DNA of 32,000 bases, taken from assembly GCF_000007985.2 (NCBI RefSeq), contig NC_002939.5:2280001-2312000 (forward strand). Reading direction: 5' to 3'. This DNA is from Geobacter sulfurreducens PCA. Its GTDB lineage: Bacteria > Desulfobacterota > Desulfuromonadia > Geobacterales > Geobacteraceae. Within the stretch, counting starts at the first letter, position 1, and each line of letters opens with the position of its first letter. Both the position numbers and the translations under genes were made by a program. Below the pieces are notes generated by a model. The model was given only the letters and a program-made list of their open reading frames with translations. It was not told the DNA's origin and searched no databases. This document shows, in pieces, positions 1-7,709 of the stretch.

Positions 1-1337
1 CGCCGGAAGCGGATAAAGCTCACAAGAGGCCCGTCGGCGCTCCCGACGCGGACTTCAAGCGCCTGCAACGTCGCTCCCGTAATGTCCAGCCGGTAGGTCG
101 AGTTCGCCAGATCAAGGGCTGCAGCAGATGCACACCGTTTCCCCCGCGGCGTGGTGACCACCGTCTCGATGTTCGGCGGCGACAGAACGGCCTTGGCTAC
201 GTCAACGAGGCCGTAACCATAGTAGATGTCCCTGCCCATTTCACCCAGGTCCCGGGCGGCTGCCGCAAGTCGTTGCCTGACCTCGTCGGCAACGGAGCGG
301 TTACCGTTGGTGTCGGTGGTGCCGGCCGAGATGAGAAGCGCCGCCGCACCGGTGACATGGGGTGCGGCCTGCGATGTGCCGAAGTTGATGCGGTAGCCGC
401 CGCCGATCGCCGTGGAATAGATATTGTGCCCCGGTGCGGCCAATTCGACCTGGGGACCGTAACTGGAAAACGTTCCAAGCGTGTCGTCCTGGTAGGTGGC
501 GGAAACCGCCACGACCGAATCGAAAGCGGCGGGATAGAGTACGGCCCCCGGCGAGAAATTGCCGGCCGAAGCCACCAGCACGATTCCCGATCGATAGGCC
601 AGATCGCAGACATCCTTGAGCGCCTGGGAGAACTCCATGCTGCCGAAGCTCATGTTGACGACCTGCATCCGGTTCTCGATGGCCCACTCGATGCCGGCGA
701 TAATGTCGCTCAACTCTCCGCCGAGGCCGCCGTTAAGCACCTTGACCGCATAGAGCTCCGCTGCGGGCGCGACGCCGACCACACCGGTACCGTTGTTGCG
801 GGCGGCGATGATCCCGGCCACGTGGGTGCCATGGCTGAGGGAGTATGCGTCGTCCATGGGATCGTTGTTGTCTGCTACAAAGTTGTACCCCCCCTTGTAG
901 TTGTCCTTCAAATCGGGATGCGTGTAATCAATGCCCGTATCGAGCACTGCCACCCGGACCCCCGCGCCGGTGATGCCGGCCGCCGCAACCTGGTCGGCAC
1001 CGATGTGCTGCGCGCCCCACGCTGCGGCATACTCCTCCGGCGAAGCCGCGGCCGGTTCAATGGACGAAAGCACGAAGTCCGTCTCCACGTAGGCAACGTC
1101 GGGATCTTTCTTCAGGCGCTCGATCTCTTCTTCGGACAGGGTTGCCGATATGGCGTTTACCGCAGAGTGCGTCCTCTTGACGCGACCGCCGTGCCGATAG
1201 ACCTTCTCTTTGTGGCGAACGTCCCTTTTTTCCACCGTGGAGCGAAATCCTACAATGACCTTCCTGTCGGCGGCAAAAGCGTCACCCAGAGGAGGCAGCA
1301 GGATAAAAAGAGCCGTAACGGCGAGCAGATACCTCAT
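1..1337 (-). CDS. ozpA: Secreted subtilisin-like (peptidase S8) serine protease; N-terminus complete, C-terminus runs off the left edge. OzpA-like OmcZ-processing protease by position.
   Basis: Absent from the ORF track because it has no stop in the window. Hand translation of the reverse strand from ATG at 1337 gives MRYLLAVTALFILLPPLGDAFAADRK (signal peptide). An I9-propeptide-like stretch follows (KVIVGFRSTVEKRDV...EIERLKKDPDVAYVETD). The S8 triad motifs are VAVLDTGID (Asp), SHGTHVAGIIAA (His) and NFGTSQAAPHVTGAAALL (Ser). The frame stays open to base 1. It lies 121 nt downstream of the octaheme cytochrome on the same strand. The gene symbol rests on synteny recall only. Confidence 0.88.
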   Translation of the reverse strand, partial: MRYLLAVTALFILLPPLGDAFAADRKVIVGFRSTVEKRDVRHKEKVYRHGGRVKRTHSAVNAISATLSEEEIERLKKDPDVAYVETDFVLSSIEPAAASPEEYAAAWGAQHIGADQVAAAGITGAGVRVAVLDTGIDYTHPDLKDNYKGGYNFVADNNDPMDDAYSLSHGTHVAGIIAARNNGTGVVGVAPAAELYAVKVLNGGLGGELSDIIAGIEWAIENRMQVVNMSFGSMEFSQALKDVCDLAYRSGIVLVASAGNFSPGAVLYPAAFDSVVAVSATYQDDTLGTFSSYGPQVELAAPGHNIYSTAIGGGYRINFGTSQAAPHVTGAAALLISAGTTDTNGNRSVADEVRQRLAAAARDLGEMGRDIYYGYGLVDVAKAVLSPPNIETVVTTPRGKRCASAAALDLANSTYRLDITGATLQALEVRVGSADGPLVSFIRFR

Positions 1338-1416
1338 GGTGCACGTATCCCTTCACGTTCGACGATGGTGAATCACATCGCGAATGCATGTAAATGATGT
1401 CTGGGGAGGAGATGGA

Positions 1417-1441
1417 GGGCAGGGGAACGAATCCCCTGCCC
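1417..1441 (-). terminator. GC-rich hairpin between the cytochrome and protease genes (atypical or partial terminator, or an RNA-stabilising hairpin)
   Basis: Perfect 10-bp stem GGGCAGGGGA / TCCCCTGCCC with a 5-nt loop. It starts 18 nt past the omcZ stop codon in minus-strand sense. No U-tract follows, so it is not a canonical intrinsic terminator. Confidence 0.3.
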
Positions 1442-1458
1442 CGTTGGTCGGAAAGGTA

Positions 1459-2880
1459 TTACCGTTTGACTTTCTTCGGAGCCGCCAGGATTTTGCCGGA
1501 GAGCGGACCGTTGATGGTTTTTACGGTCACGTAGCCGTTGGTTGCAAAGTCCGGGCTGGTGGCAACCACCTTGGTGTCGCTCCAGGAAATGACGTTTGCC
1601 TGGGTGGTTCCGGCGTACACACCGATACCGGCGTCGTACTCGGAGCTCGGTGCCGGTCCGAAACCGGTGCCGGTAATGGTAAGGGTCTTGCCAGTCGCAA
1701 GGGTGGCGGAGGCAATGATCCGCGCCGGCGCGACGGTCAGCTTGGCAAGGTTGCTGACCTTGTTGGCCTTGGTGATGCGGAGCTCGTAGACGCCTTCAAC
1801 GAGGGCGGGTACGGACACCTTGATCTCGCTTTCGGTGACCGAGAAGGGAGTGAGTGTCAGGCTCGTGCTGCCGCTGACGAGCGCAACAGTGGGCTGATAG
1901 GTGGTCACGCCGTCGGGTCCGACGTTGACGAAGCTGGAGCCGACGATGGTCAGGACGGCTTCCTTGCCCGCGGTGACCGTGTAGCTGCTCTGGCCGTTGA
2001 TGGCGGGCACGGTGGCATTGGTGTAGGGCGAGGAATTACCGAACCAGGACCAGTGGCAGCCCTGGCAGTCCCAGTTGTTGCCGATGTGGCCCCAGCCCAG
2101 ATCCTCCAGCCCCGGCTTGACCGTGCCGAGGTTGGCGGCATTGGGGCTGTCCTTCTGGATATTGTGGAGCGAGTTCACGCCGTGGCAGACCTCGCACTGG
2201 CGGATCGGTACATTGGAGGACGTATTGTGGCAGAGGTTGCAGTCGGTGATGCCGGTGCCGTGGTGAGTATCCTGGTTGCTGAAGATCGGGCGGACCGTAT
2301 TGGTCTTCGGATCGATGGCGTTGGGTGCGGCCTGGTGGCATGCTTCGCAGCCCTGAACGATAACAACATTGCCATCCGTAGCGGTTACAGACCTGCCGCT
2401 CGGCATCGGAGTGACGGAGCTTGCGCTGTAGGTCGGAATGTAGTGGCCGTCAAGCGGGTTGTCGATGAAGTTGCCGTGGCAGTACTTGCAGTCCTTGGCA
2501 ACAGCGGCGGGAGAGGTGTGGTGCGGAGTCTGGGTGTGGCAGTTGAAACAGTTTCTGAAATCCTGGAAGGTAAAACCGCCCGAGCCGTCGGGAACCATGA
2601 CGTGGCAACCGGTGGCAAGGGTCGGGGGGACAGTGCCGGAGGTATTGATGCAGCTTGCCGGCGGCGTAACCGTGTTGATCAGGGCGTGATGCTGCTGGAC
2701 GAGCACCGTGTCGCTGACGTGACACTCGAGACAGTCGGCTTTGGTCAGGTTGGGAAACTTGGTATCGTAGATCCCCAGGAACTGGTTTACCGGCGGGGGC
2801 GGAACAGCTGCACCCACCATTGCTGCGCCGGTTAAGACAACGGCTGCGAGCGATGCGCCAATCAGTACCTTTTTCTTCAT
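1459..2880 (-). CDS. omcZ: Octaheme outer-surface c-type cytochrome, OmcZ-type (473 aa precursor)
   Basis: ORF-track entry 1459..2931 starts at a TTG. I trimmed it to ATG at 2880, giving MKKKVLIGASLAAVVLTGAAMVGA (signal peptide) with purine-rich AAGGAG/AAAGGA just upstream (2881-2897). There are seven CXXCH motifs (CLECH, CFNCH, CKYCH, CEACH, CNLCH, CEVCH, CQGCH) and one CX14CH (C-INTSGTVPPTLATG-CH), so 8 predicted hemes. The C-terminal ~170 aa carries two IPT/TIG-like signatures (GKEAVLTIVGSSF, GKTLTITGTGFG). Confidence 0.92.
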   Translation of the reverse strand: MKKKVLIGASLAAVVLTGAAMVGAAVPPPPVNQFLGIYDTKFPNLTKADCLECHVSDTVLVQQHHALINTVTPPASCINTSGTVPPTLATGCHVMVPDGSGGFTFQDFRNCFNCHTQTPHHTSPAAVAKDCKYCHGNFIDNPLDGHYIPTYSASSVTPMPSGRSVTATDGNVVIVQGCEACHQAAPNAIDPKTNTVRPIFSNQDTHHGTGITDCNLCHNTSSNVPIRQCEVCHGVNSLHNIQKDSPNAANLGTVKPGLEDLGWGHIGNNWDCQGCHWSWFGNSSPYTNATVPAINGQSSYTVTAGKEAVLTIVGSSFVNVGPDGVTTYQPTVALVSGSTSLTLTPFSVTESEIKVSVPALVEGVYELRITKANKVSNLAKLTVAPARIIASATLATGKTLTITGTGFGPAPSSEYDAGIGVYAGTTQANVISWSDTKVVATSPDFATNGYVTVKTINGPLSGKILAAPKKVKR

Positions 2881-3186
2881 TCCTTTCTGCTCCTTTCTTG
2901 TGAAGACTCCATTATGAAACATTACATTCAAAGCGATTGACGTATTCCTTCCTCCTTGCCACCTCCTTTCGGCATGTCATGTCCCCTCACTCTGGCAAAT
3001 TCAATGCATGGTTCTGCGACTAAAAGGCGCTGCATCGGACAACCGCAGCAGGACGCATACACATTGACCGGTAGACCCGCATGTCTCTGCGTCCGGCGAT
3101 GCGCAGGCCGGAATGGTCTTCGGGCAGATTTTTCAGATGGTACCTGGCTGTGTTCAGGGGGCGAGCAGGGCCGGGATATCGCATCA

Positions 3187-3214
3187 CATATATCATTAAG
3201 TAGGATAAACACAA
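3187..3214 (-). promoter_or_regulatory. Candidate sigma70 promoter for omcZ (extended -10)
   Basis: Minus-strand reading: TTGTGT (3214-3209), 16-nt spacer ending in TGa, then TATATG (3192-3187). It sits exactly at the AT-rich/GC-rich boundary and implies a ~300-nt leader. This is a motif match only. Confidence 0.25.
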
Positions 3215-4034
3215 CTGTGTACTGTAGCTATTCAGAGCTTTTTGTCAACATACTTTTAAAGGCCATTTTAACGTTCAGCAACAAATTAGCAACACACATA
3301 CTTGCAATCCCGCCAGACAAGAATTTGACGTTCTCTTCCGCCAAGCTCGCCTGATACGCTATTTTACTGCATATAACTAGCAGCGACAGACGAGCAGCAC
3401 CTATCTGACCGGATCAAGTTGGTCAATTTTACGTCAATTGACTGTCGTCACCGTGAAATAGCCAGACCCTTAAAGGCGGCACTTGCGACTGAGTCATTAC
3501 CAAACTTACATGAAACAATGAAAACACATCATGTTACATTTAATTAATATATTCAACTACTACCAACAACCATATCCTCTAATGTTAACACTATCTCAAA
3601 ATTGCAAGCGTCGAGCCGAAATTTTTGATCCAATGGAAGGCATATGGTGTCATCCCAGGCGATTTGATGAGTCACAACAGGGTCAGTCCGAATCTCATGC
3701 GCAATTTCCCTAACTTCAGTTTGAAAATTGCACCTGATATTTTTTTTGCGATCTCAGCTGCCTGATTCTCGAAAATCAGTCCAACTACCGATCATGAATA
3801 CATAATTTCGTTTTATCCACGATTCGCCCGTAAATTCAGAGTATTAGGACTACCCTTCGTATCCTCGCTGTTAGTCGTTCGAGCGAGACAGCATAATGGC
3901 GGTGTACGCTTCGAGGCCACCTGCAGGCGTAAACTATTGTTTTAGTGATATTTATATGTATTTTACCTCTTGTTTGCCCATCTAATCTCTTCTATAGTTT
4001 AGTAAAAGAAAGCAACGCAAAGGAGAAAAGAGCC

Positions 4035-4187
4035 ATGAAATGCCCTATCTGCAACGATCACACGGGAATCGCCATTGATATGCACTCTGACGGCTATGCC
4101 GATAATCTGCTGGAATGCACCACCTGTGGTGCGATCTGGATTCAGGAATTTGAAGGGATTGTTCTGCTCAACAAGAAGGTTGCGTAA
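4035..4187 (+). CDS. Small (50 aa) zinc-ribbon protein, function unknown
   Basis: ORF-track entry 3945..4187 trimmed to ATG at 4035, which has AAGGAG at 4020-4025 (9-nt spacing). The product is MKCPICNDHTGIAIDMHSDGYADNLLECTTCGAIWIQEFEGIVLLNKKVA. Its two CxxC pairs (CPIC ... CTTC) are typical of a 4-Cys zinc ribbon. It is convergent with rodA. Confidence 0.6.
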   Translation: MKCPICNDHTGIAIDMHSDGYADNLLECTTCGAIWIQEFEGIVLLNKKVA

Positions 4188-4200
4188 GGCGGGCCGCCTT
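4186..4200. terminator. Short hairpin between the convergent stops of the zinc-ribbon ORF and rodA
   Basis: AAGGC-GGGCC-GCCTT (5-bp stem) fills the 16-nt gap between the TAA at 4185-4187 and the rodA stop at 4204-4206. It is weak and has no T-tract. Confidence 0.2.
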
Positions 4201-4203
4201 CTC

Positions 4204-5304
4204 CTAGAACATGAAGCGTCGCATGCTGATGTTAAGGAGAATGCCAATGCCCGTCATTGACGTGATCATGGATGTGCCGCCGTAGGAAAACAGAGGCAAT
4301 GGCACCCCGACCACGGGGAAGAGTCCGATTACCATACCGATGTTGATGATGATGTGCCAGAAAAGCATTGCCGTGACGCCCACAGCCACGAGGCTTCCGA
4401 AACGGTCGTTGCAGCGCCGTGCAATCTGGAGCCCCCACAGGGTGAGCACCGCGTAAAGCAGCAGAACAACAAGACTCCCCACAAATCCCCATTCCTCGGC
4501 AAAAACGGAAAATGCGAAGTCCGTGTGCTGTTCCGGCAGGAAGCGGAGCTGGCTCTGGGTCCCCTGGAGAAATCCCTTGCCGAACAGGCCGCCCGATCCC
4601 ACGGCAATCTTGCTCTGGATGATGTGGTACCCCGTGCCGAGCGGGTCCCTCTCAGGATCCAGAAAATTGAGAACCCTGTTTTTCTGATAATCCCTGAGAT
4701 AGTAATGCCAGCCAAGCCAGACGGCCGGTACGGTGGCAATGCATACGGCAGCCAGCGCGGAAAGACGGATGCCGACAAACGCGAGCATGGATCCGGCAAT
4801 GAGGATGACAAGTATCGCCGTGCCGAGATCGGGCTGCTTCATGATGAGAATGGCGGGCGCACCGATCATGAGGGCGGGGAAGGCCAGCTCCCGCAGCCCC
4901 AGGCCGCCTGACACCGGAATATTGGCCAGGATGCGGGCCATGGTGATGATCCCTATGATTTTCATGGGTTCAGATGGCTGAACACTGATAAATCCCAGGT
5001 GAAGCCATCGGGTGGCTCCCATTGAAGTCTTGCCGAAAGCCAGCACCACGAGCAGGAGAAGGAACAGGATGCCGTAGAACCAGTAGGCAACATCCTCCAG
5101 CAGGTGGTAGTCGATGCTGCAGACCAGCAGCATGATGGCGAGGCCGACCAAAACCCAGGACATCTGCTTGAGATAGTAAGGTGTGCCCGACAGAACGTAC
5201 GACGATGAGGCGCTGTAGATATTCACAACTCCTACCGCACAGATAAGCAGCACGAGTCCCAGCAGCATCCAGTCGAAGTTGGTGATGAGTCGTCGGTCGA
5301 TCAT
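4204..5304 (-). CDS. rodA: SEDS-family peptidoglycan glycosyltransferase RodA (rod-shape determining)
   Basis: 366-aa polytopic membrane protein with an FtsW/RodA/SpoVE-like pattern (e.g. GVPLPLFSYGGTSMITSM near the C-terminus). It starts 3 nt after the PBP2 gene stop. Confidence 0.9.
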   Translation of the reverse strand: MIDRRLITNFDWMLLGLVLLICAVGVVNIYSASSSYVLSGTPYYLKQMSWVLVGLAIMLLVCSIDYHLLEDVAYWFYGILFLLLLVVLAFGKTSMGATRWLHLGFISVQPSEPMKIIGIITMARILANIPVSGGLGLRELAFPALMIGAPAILIMKQPDLGTAILVILIAGSMLAFVGIRLSALAAVCIATVPAVWLGWHYYLRDYQKNRVLNFLDPERDPLGTGYHIIQSKIAVGSGGLFGKGFLQGTQSQLRFLPEQHTDFAFSVFAEEWGFVGSLVVLLLYAVLTLWGLQIARRCNDRFGSLVAVGVTAMLFWHIIINIGMVIGLFPVVGVPLPLFSYGGTSMITSMTGIGILLNISMRRFMF

Positions 5305-5307
5305 TGT

Positions 5308-7227
5308 CTATTCCTGATCCTCGCGGGGCTGCGCCCCTTCGTCGGATGTCGCGTTTTCCCCGGAGCCGTCGTCCCCGGCGGCAGTTCCCTTCCCGGCTTT
5401 GACCGGTCGGCGGATGACCCCCTTCCCTTCGAAGTAGGCGCGCAGAATGCTGCCGGCAATGGGTGCCGCCGCCGAGCCTCCGTGCTCGCCGTGTTCGATC
5501 ACCACCGCAACAGCAACTTCGGGGTGCTCATAGGGGGCGTAGGCCACGAACAGGGCGTGATCGCGATACTGATAGGGGATAAACCCGCGCGTATCTCTCA
5601 GCTTGACGACCTGAGAAGTCCCTGTCTTGCCGGCGACCCGGACATCAGGAATCCGTGACATGCCGCCGGTACCACCCGACTCGTTCACGACAGCCCACAG
5701 TCCTTCCTTGACCGACTTGAAACTGCGCGGCGAAATATCGGCCCGGGTGATGATCTCCGGCTGAAACTCCCTGAGGACCTTGCCGTCGCGGTCAATGATC
5801 CGCTTTACCAGCCGGGGCCGGTACACGATACCGTCCGTGGCAATGGCAGCGGTCATTGATGCCAGCTGGATGGGGGTCATGAGGACGTAGCCCTGGCCGA
5901 TGGCCGCACTCAGCGTATCTCCCTGGAACCACCTGGTTTTGTGCCGCTGAAGCTTCCAGGCGGAGGTGGGGATGAGCCCACCCTTTTCATTGTCCAGGCC
6001 GACCCCCATGGGCGCACCGAGGGCAAACTTTTGGGCATAGGCGGAAAGCCGGTCAATGCCGAGCTTCTCGCCGAGCACATAGAAGTAGACGTCGCACGAC
6101 TCGCGAAGGGCTCGCCTCAGATCGACCGCTCCGTGCCCCTTCTTGTCCCAGCAGCGAAACGTGGTATTCCCTAGCGCATAAGAACCCTTGCAGGTTACCG
6201 TAGTGTGGTCGTCGATGATCCCCTCTTCAAGCCCTGCCAGAGCGGTGATGATCTTGTAGGTCGATCCCGGCGGATACTGCCCCTTCAAGGCCTTGTTCTC
6301 CAGGGGATGGCGCTTGTCTTCCAGGTATTGTTTCCAGATTTCGGGGGGCATCCTGCCGGCGAACAGAGCCGGATCGAATTCGGGATTGCTGACGAATGCC
6401 AGAATTTCGCCGGTGTTCACTTCCATGACCACCGCAGCTCCCGCCTGGTCGCCAAAAGCCTGCTCCGCCCGCTTCTGAAGTTGCGCGTCGATGGTCAGGA
6501 CCAGGCTCGACCCCATGGTGGGGGGCGTCTCGGCAATTGTCCTGAGGATCCGCCCCCGGGCGTCTACCTCGATCTGCCGTCCACCGTCGTGGCCGTGGAG
6601 CACCTCTTCCCAGCTGCGCTCAATCCCGCTCTTGCCCAGGTAATCGCCTGAATTGTAGCCGACAAAGGCCGGGTTTTTCAGCTCTTCGTCCGAGATTTCA
6701 CCGATGTAGCCCAGCAGGTGAGCCGCCAGTGTACCGTTCTCATACTGACGTACCGGCTTCATCTCGACCTCGATGCCGGGGAGCCAGAGCCGTTTCTCTT
6801 CCAGAAGCTCCAGTTGGTCACGGGTGATCCCCGATGCGAGAACGATGGGATAGTAGCGGGCACGTCCCTTCCCTTTCTCCCACTTTTTGACGAGTTCATC
6901 CCTGTCGGCACCAAGGAGGGTAACCAGTTGATCGACCAGCCAATCGCGATCGCGGACTTCCTGGGGAATGACGGCAACGCTGAAGGAAGGCCGGTTGCTC
7001 ACCAGGACCGCTCCGTTACGGTCGAATATGGTCCCGCGGGACGCCGCGACGGGCACGAGGCGCAGCCGGTTGTTTTCGGAAAGGCTCTGAAAATCCTCAG
7101 CCTTGATAATCTGGAGGTACCAGAGCCGCGTGACGAGGATGAAGAAAAACACCCCCACCGCGATAAGCAGCACGACCAGCTGTCGCTTCGGCTCCTGCGT
7201 ATCGCGTATGAAGCGCTGACCGTTCAT
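5308..7227 (-). CDS. mrdA: Penicillin-binding protein 2 (elongasome transpeptidase)
   Basis: N-terminal membrane anchor (LVVLLIAVGVFFFILVTRLWYL). Transpeptidase motifs are SxxK (PGSTYKI), SxD/N (ESCDVYF) and KTG (AGKTGTSQV). Its start overlaps the mreD stop by 4 nt. The C-terminal tail is acidic and low-complexity. Confidence 0.92.
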   Translation of the reverse strand: MNGQRFIRDTQEPKRQLVVLLIAVGVFFFILVTRLWYLQIIKAEDFQSLSENNRLRLVPVAASRGTIFDRNGAVLVSNRPSFSVAVIPQEVRDRDWLVDQLVTLLGADRDELVKKWEKGKGRARYYPIVLASGITRDQLELLEEKRLWLPGIEVEMKPVRQYENGTLAAHLLGYIGEISDEELKNPAFVGYNSGDYLGKSGIERSWEEVLHGHDGGRQIEVDARGRILRTIAETPPTMGSSLVLTIDAQLQKRAEQAFGDQAGAAVVMEVNTGEILAFVSNPEFDPALFAGRMPPEIWKQYLEDKRHPLENKALKGQYPPGSTYKIITALAGLEEGIIDDHTTVTCKGSYALGNTTFRCWDKKGHGAVDLRRALRESCDVYFYVLGEKLGIDRLSAYAQKFALGAPMGVGLDNEKGGLIPTSAWKLQRHKTRWFQGDTLSAAIGQGYVLMTPIQLASMTAAIATDGIVYRPRLVKRIIDRDGKVLREFQPEIITRADISPRSFKSVKEGLWAVVNESGGTGGMSRIPDVRVAGKTGTSQVVKLRDTRGFIPYQYRDHALFVAYAPYEHPEVAVAVVIEHGEHGGSAAAPIAGSILRAYFEGKGVIRRPVKAGKGTAAGDDGSGENATSDEGAQPREDQE

Positions 7228-7709
7228 CGAATGTCCCCCAACCGTGCAAGGGGGGTGAAGGTGAAGACGATGGAGGCGACAAGGGCATTCACGAGGCTCT
7301 GGGGAACCAGGCCTTCGAGCAGCGAAGCATAGATGCCGTGGGAAGAAGAAAACAGAAGCAGCAGGAGCAGGCTGAACAGGCCGCTGACCATGGTTGCCGA
7401 GAAGGTGCCGAGGATCATGAGTGAACGGCGGTCAGTGTAGAGGCGCCCGGCCACGAGGCTGAACAGCAGGAAAATGACCAAGTAGGAAAAGGCGTTGAGC
7501 CCCAGGTAGAGCCCGCTGAACGAATCGTGCAGAAGACCGAGGACAAAAGCGAGCACTCCCCAGCCGAGCTCCTCGCGCAACCCCATGAACACTACGAACA
7601 GAATAAGCAGGTTCGGTTTAAAGGGATCGGCGATGTGCGTCGGAATCACGGACACTTGCAGGATGATCGCGGCAAAGACGAGAATGGCGTACCAGATGAG
7701 CTTAATCAT
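7224..7709 (-). CDS. mreD: Rod shape-determining protein MreD
   Basis: 161-aa very hydrophobic protein sitting between mreC and mrdA. It overlaps mreC by 8 nt and mrdA by 4 nt. Confidence 0.8.
   Translation of the reverse strand: MIKLIWYAILVFAAIILQVSVIPTHIADPFKPNLLILFVVFMGLREELGWGVLAFVLGLLHDSFSGLYLGLNAFSYLVIFLLFSLVAGRLYTDRRSLMILGTFSATMVSGLFSLLLLLLFSSSHGIYASLLEGLVPQSLVNALVASIVFTFTPLARLGDIR

Noticed and set aside
273-2835. Long plus-strand ORFs 273..1397 (374 aa) and 1384..2835 (483 aa), opposite the protease and omcZ genes
   Set aside because: They are Gly/Arg/Ala/Val-rich with no motifs or RBS, and lie exactly antisense to genes with unmistakable catalytic or heme motifs. These are typical stop-codon-poor antisense frames of GC-rich DNA.
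2881-2931. N-terminal extension of omcZ (TTG at 2931 or ATG at 2922, adding MNVMFHNGVFTRKEQKG)
   Set aside because: The extension would bury an otherwise textbook signal peptide (MKKKVLIGASLAAVV...). The SD-like AAGGAG/AAAGGA sits inside the extension, directly upstream of the ATG at 2880.
3083-3094. GGACGCAGAGAC in the omcZ leader resembles the GGGACGCAAAGCC core of GEMM-I (c-di-GMP/cGAMP) riboswitches, which are common upstream of Geobacter cytochrome genes
   Set aside because: The partner element (CGCACAGGGCAAACC) is missing. The nearest ACACAGCC is ~60 nt away instead of ~25 nt, and there is no tetraloop/receptor pair. I do not consider it a GEMM-I fold. An Infernal scan with RF01051 would settle it.
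3531-3713. 60-aa plus-strand ORF in the AT-rich region
   Set aside because: No SD, odd composition, and it lies in the lowest-GC stretch, where random ORFs between AT-rich stops are unexpected but still possible. I found no supporting signal.
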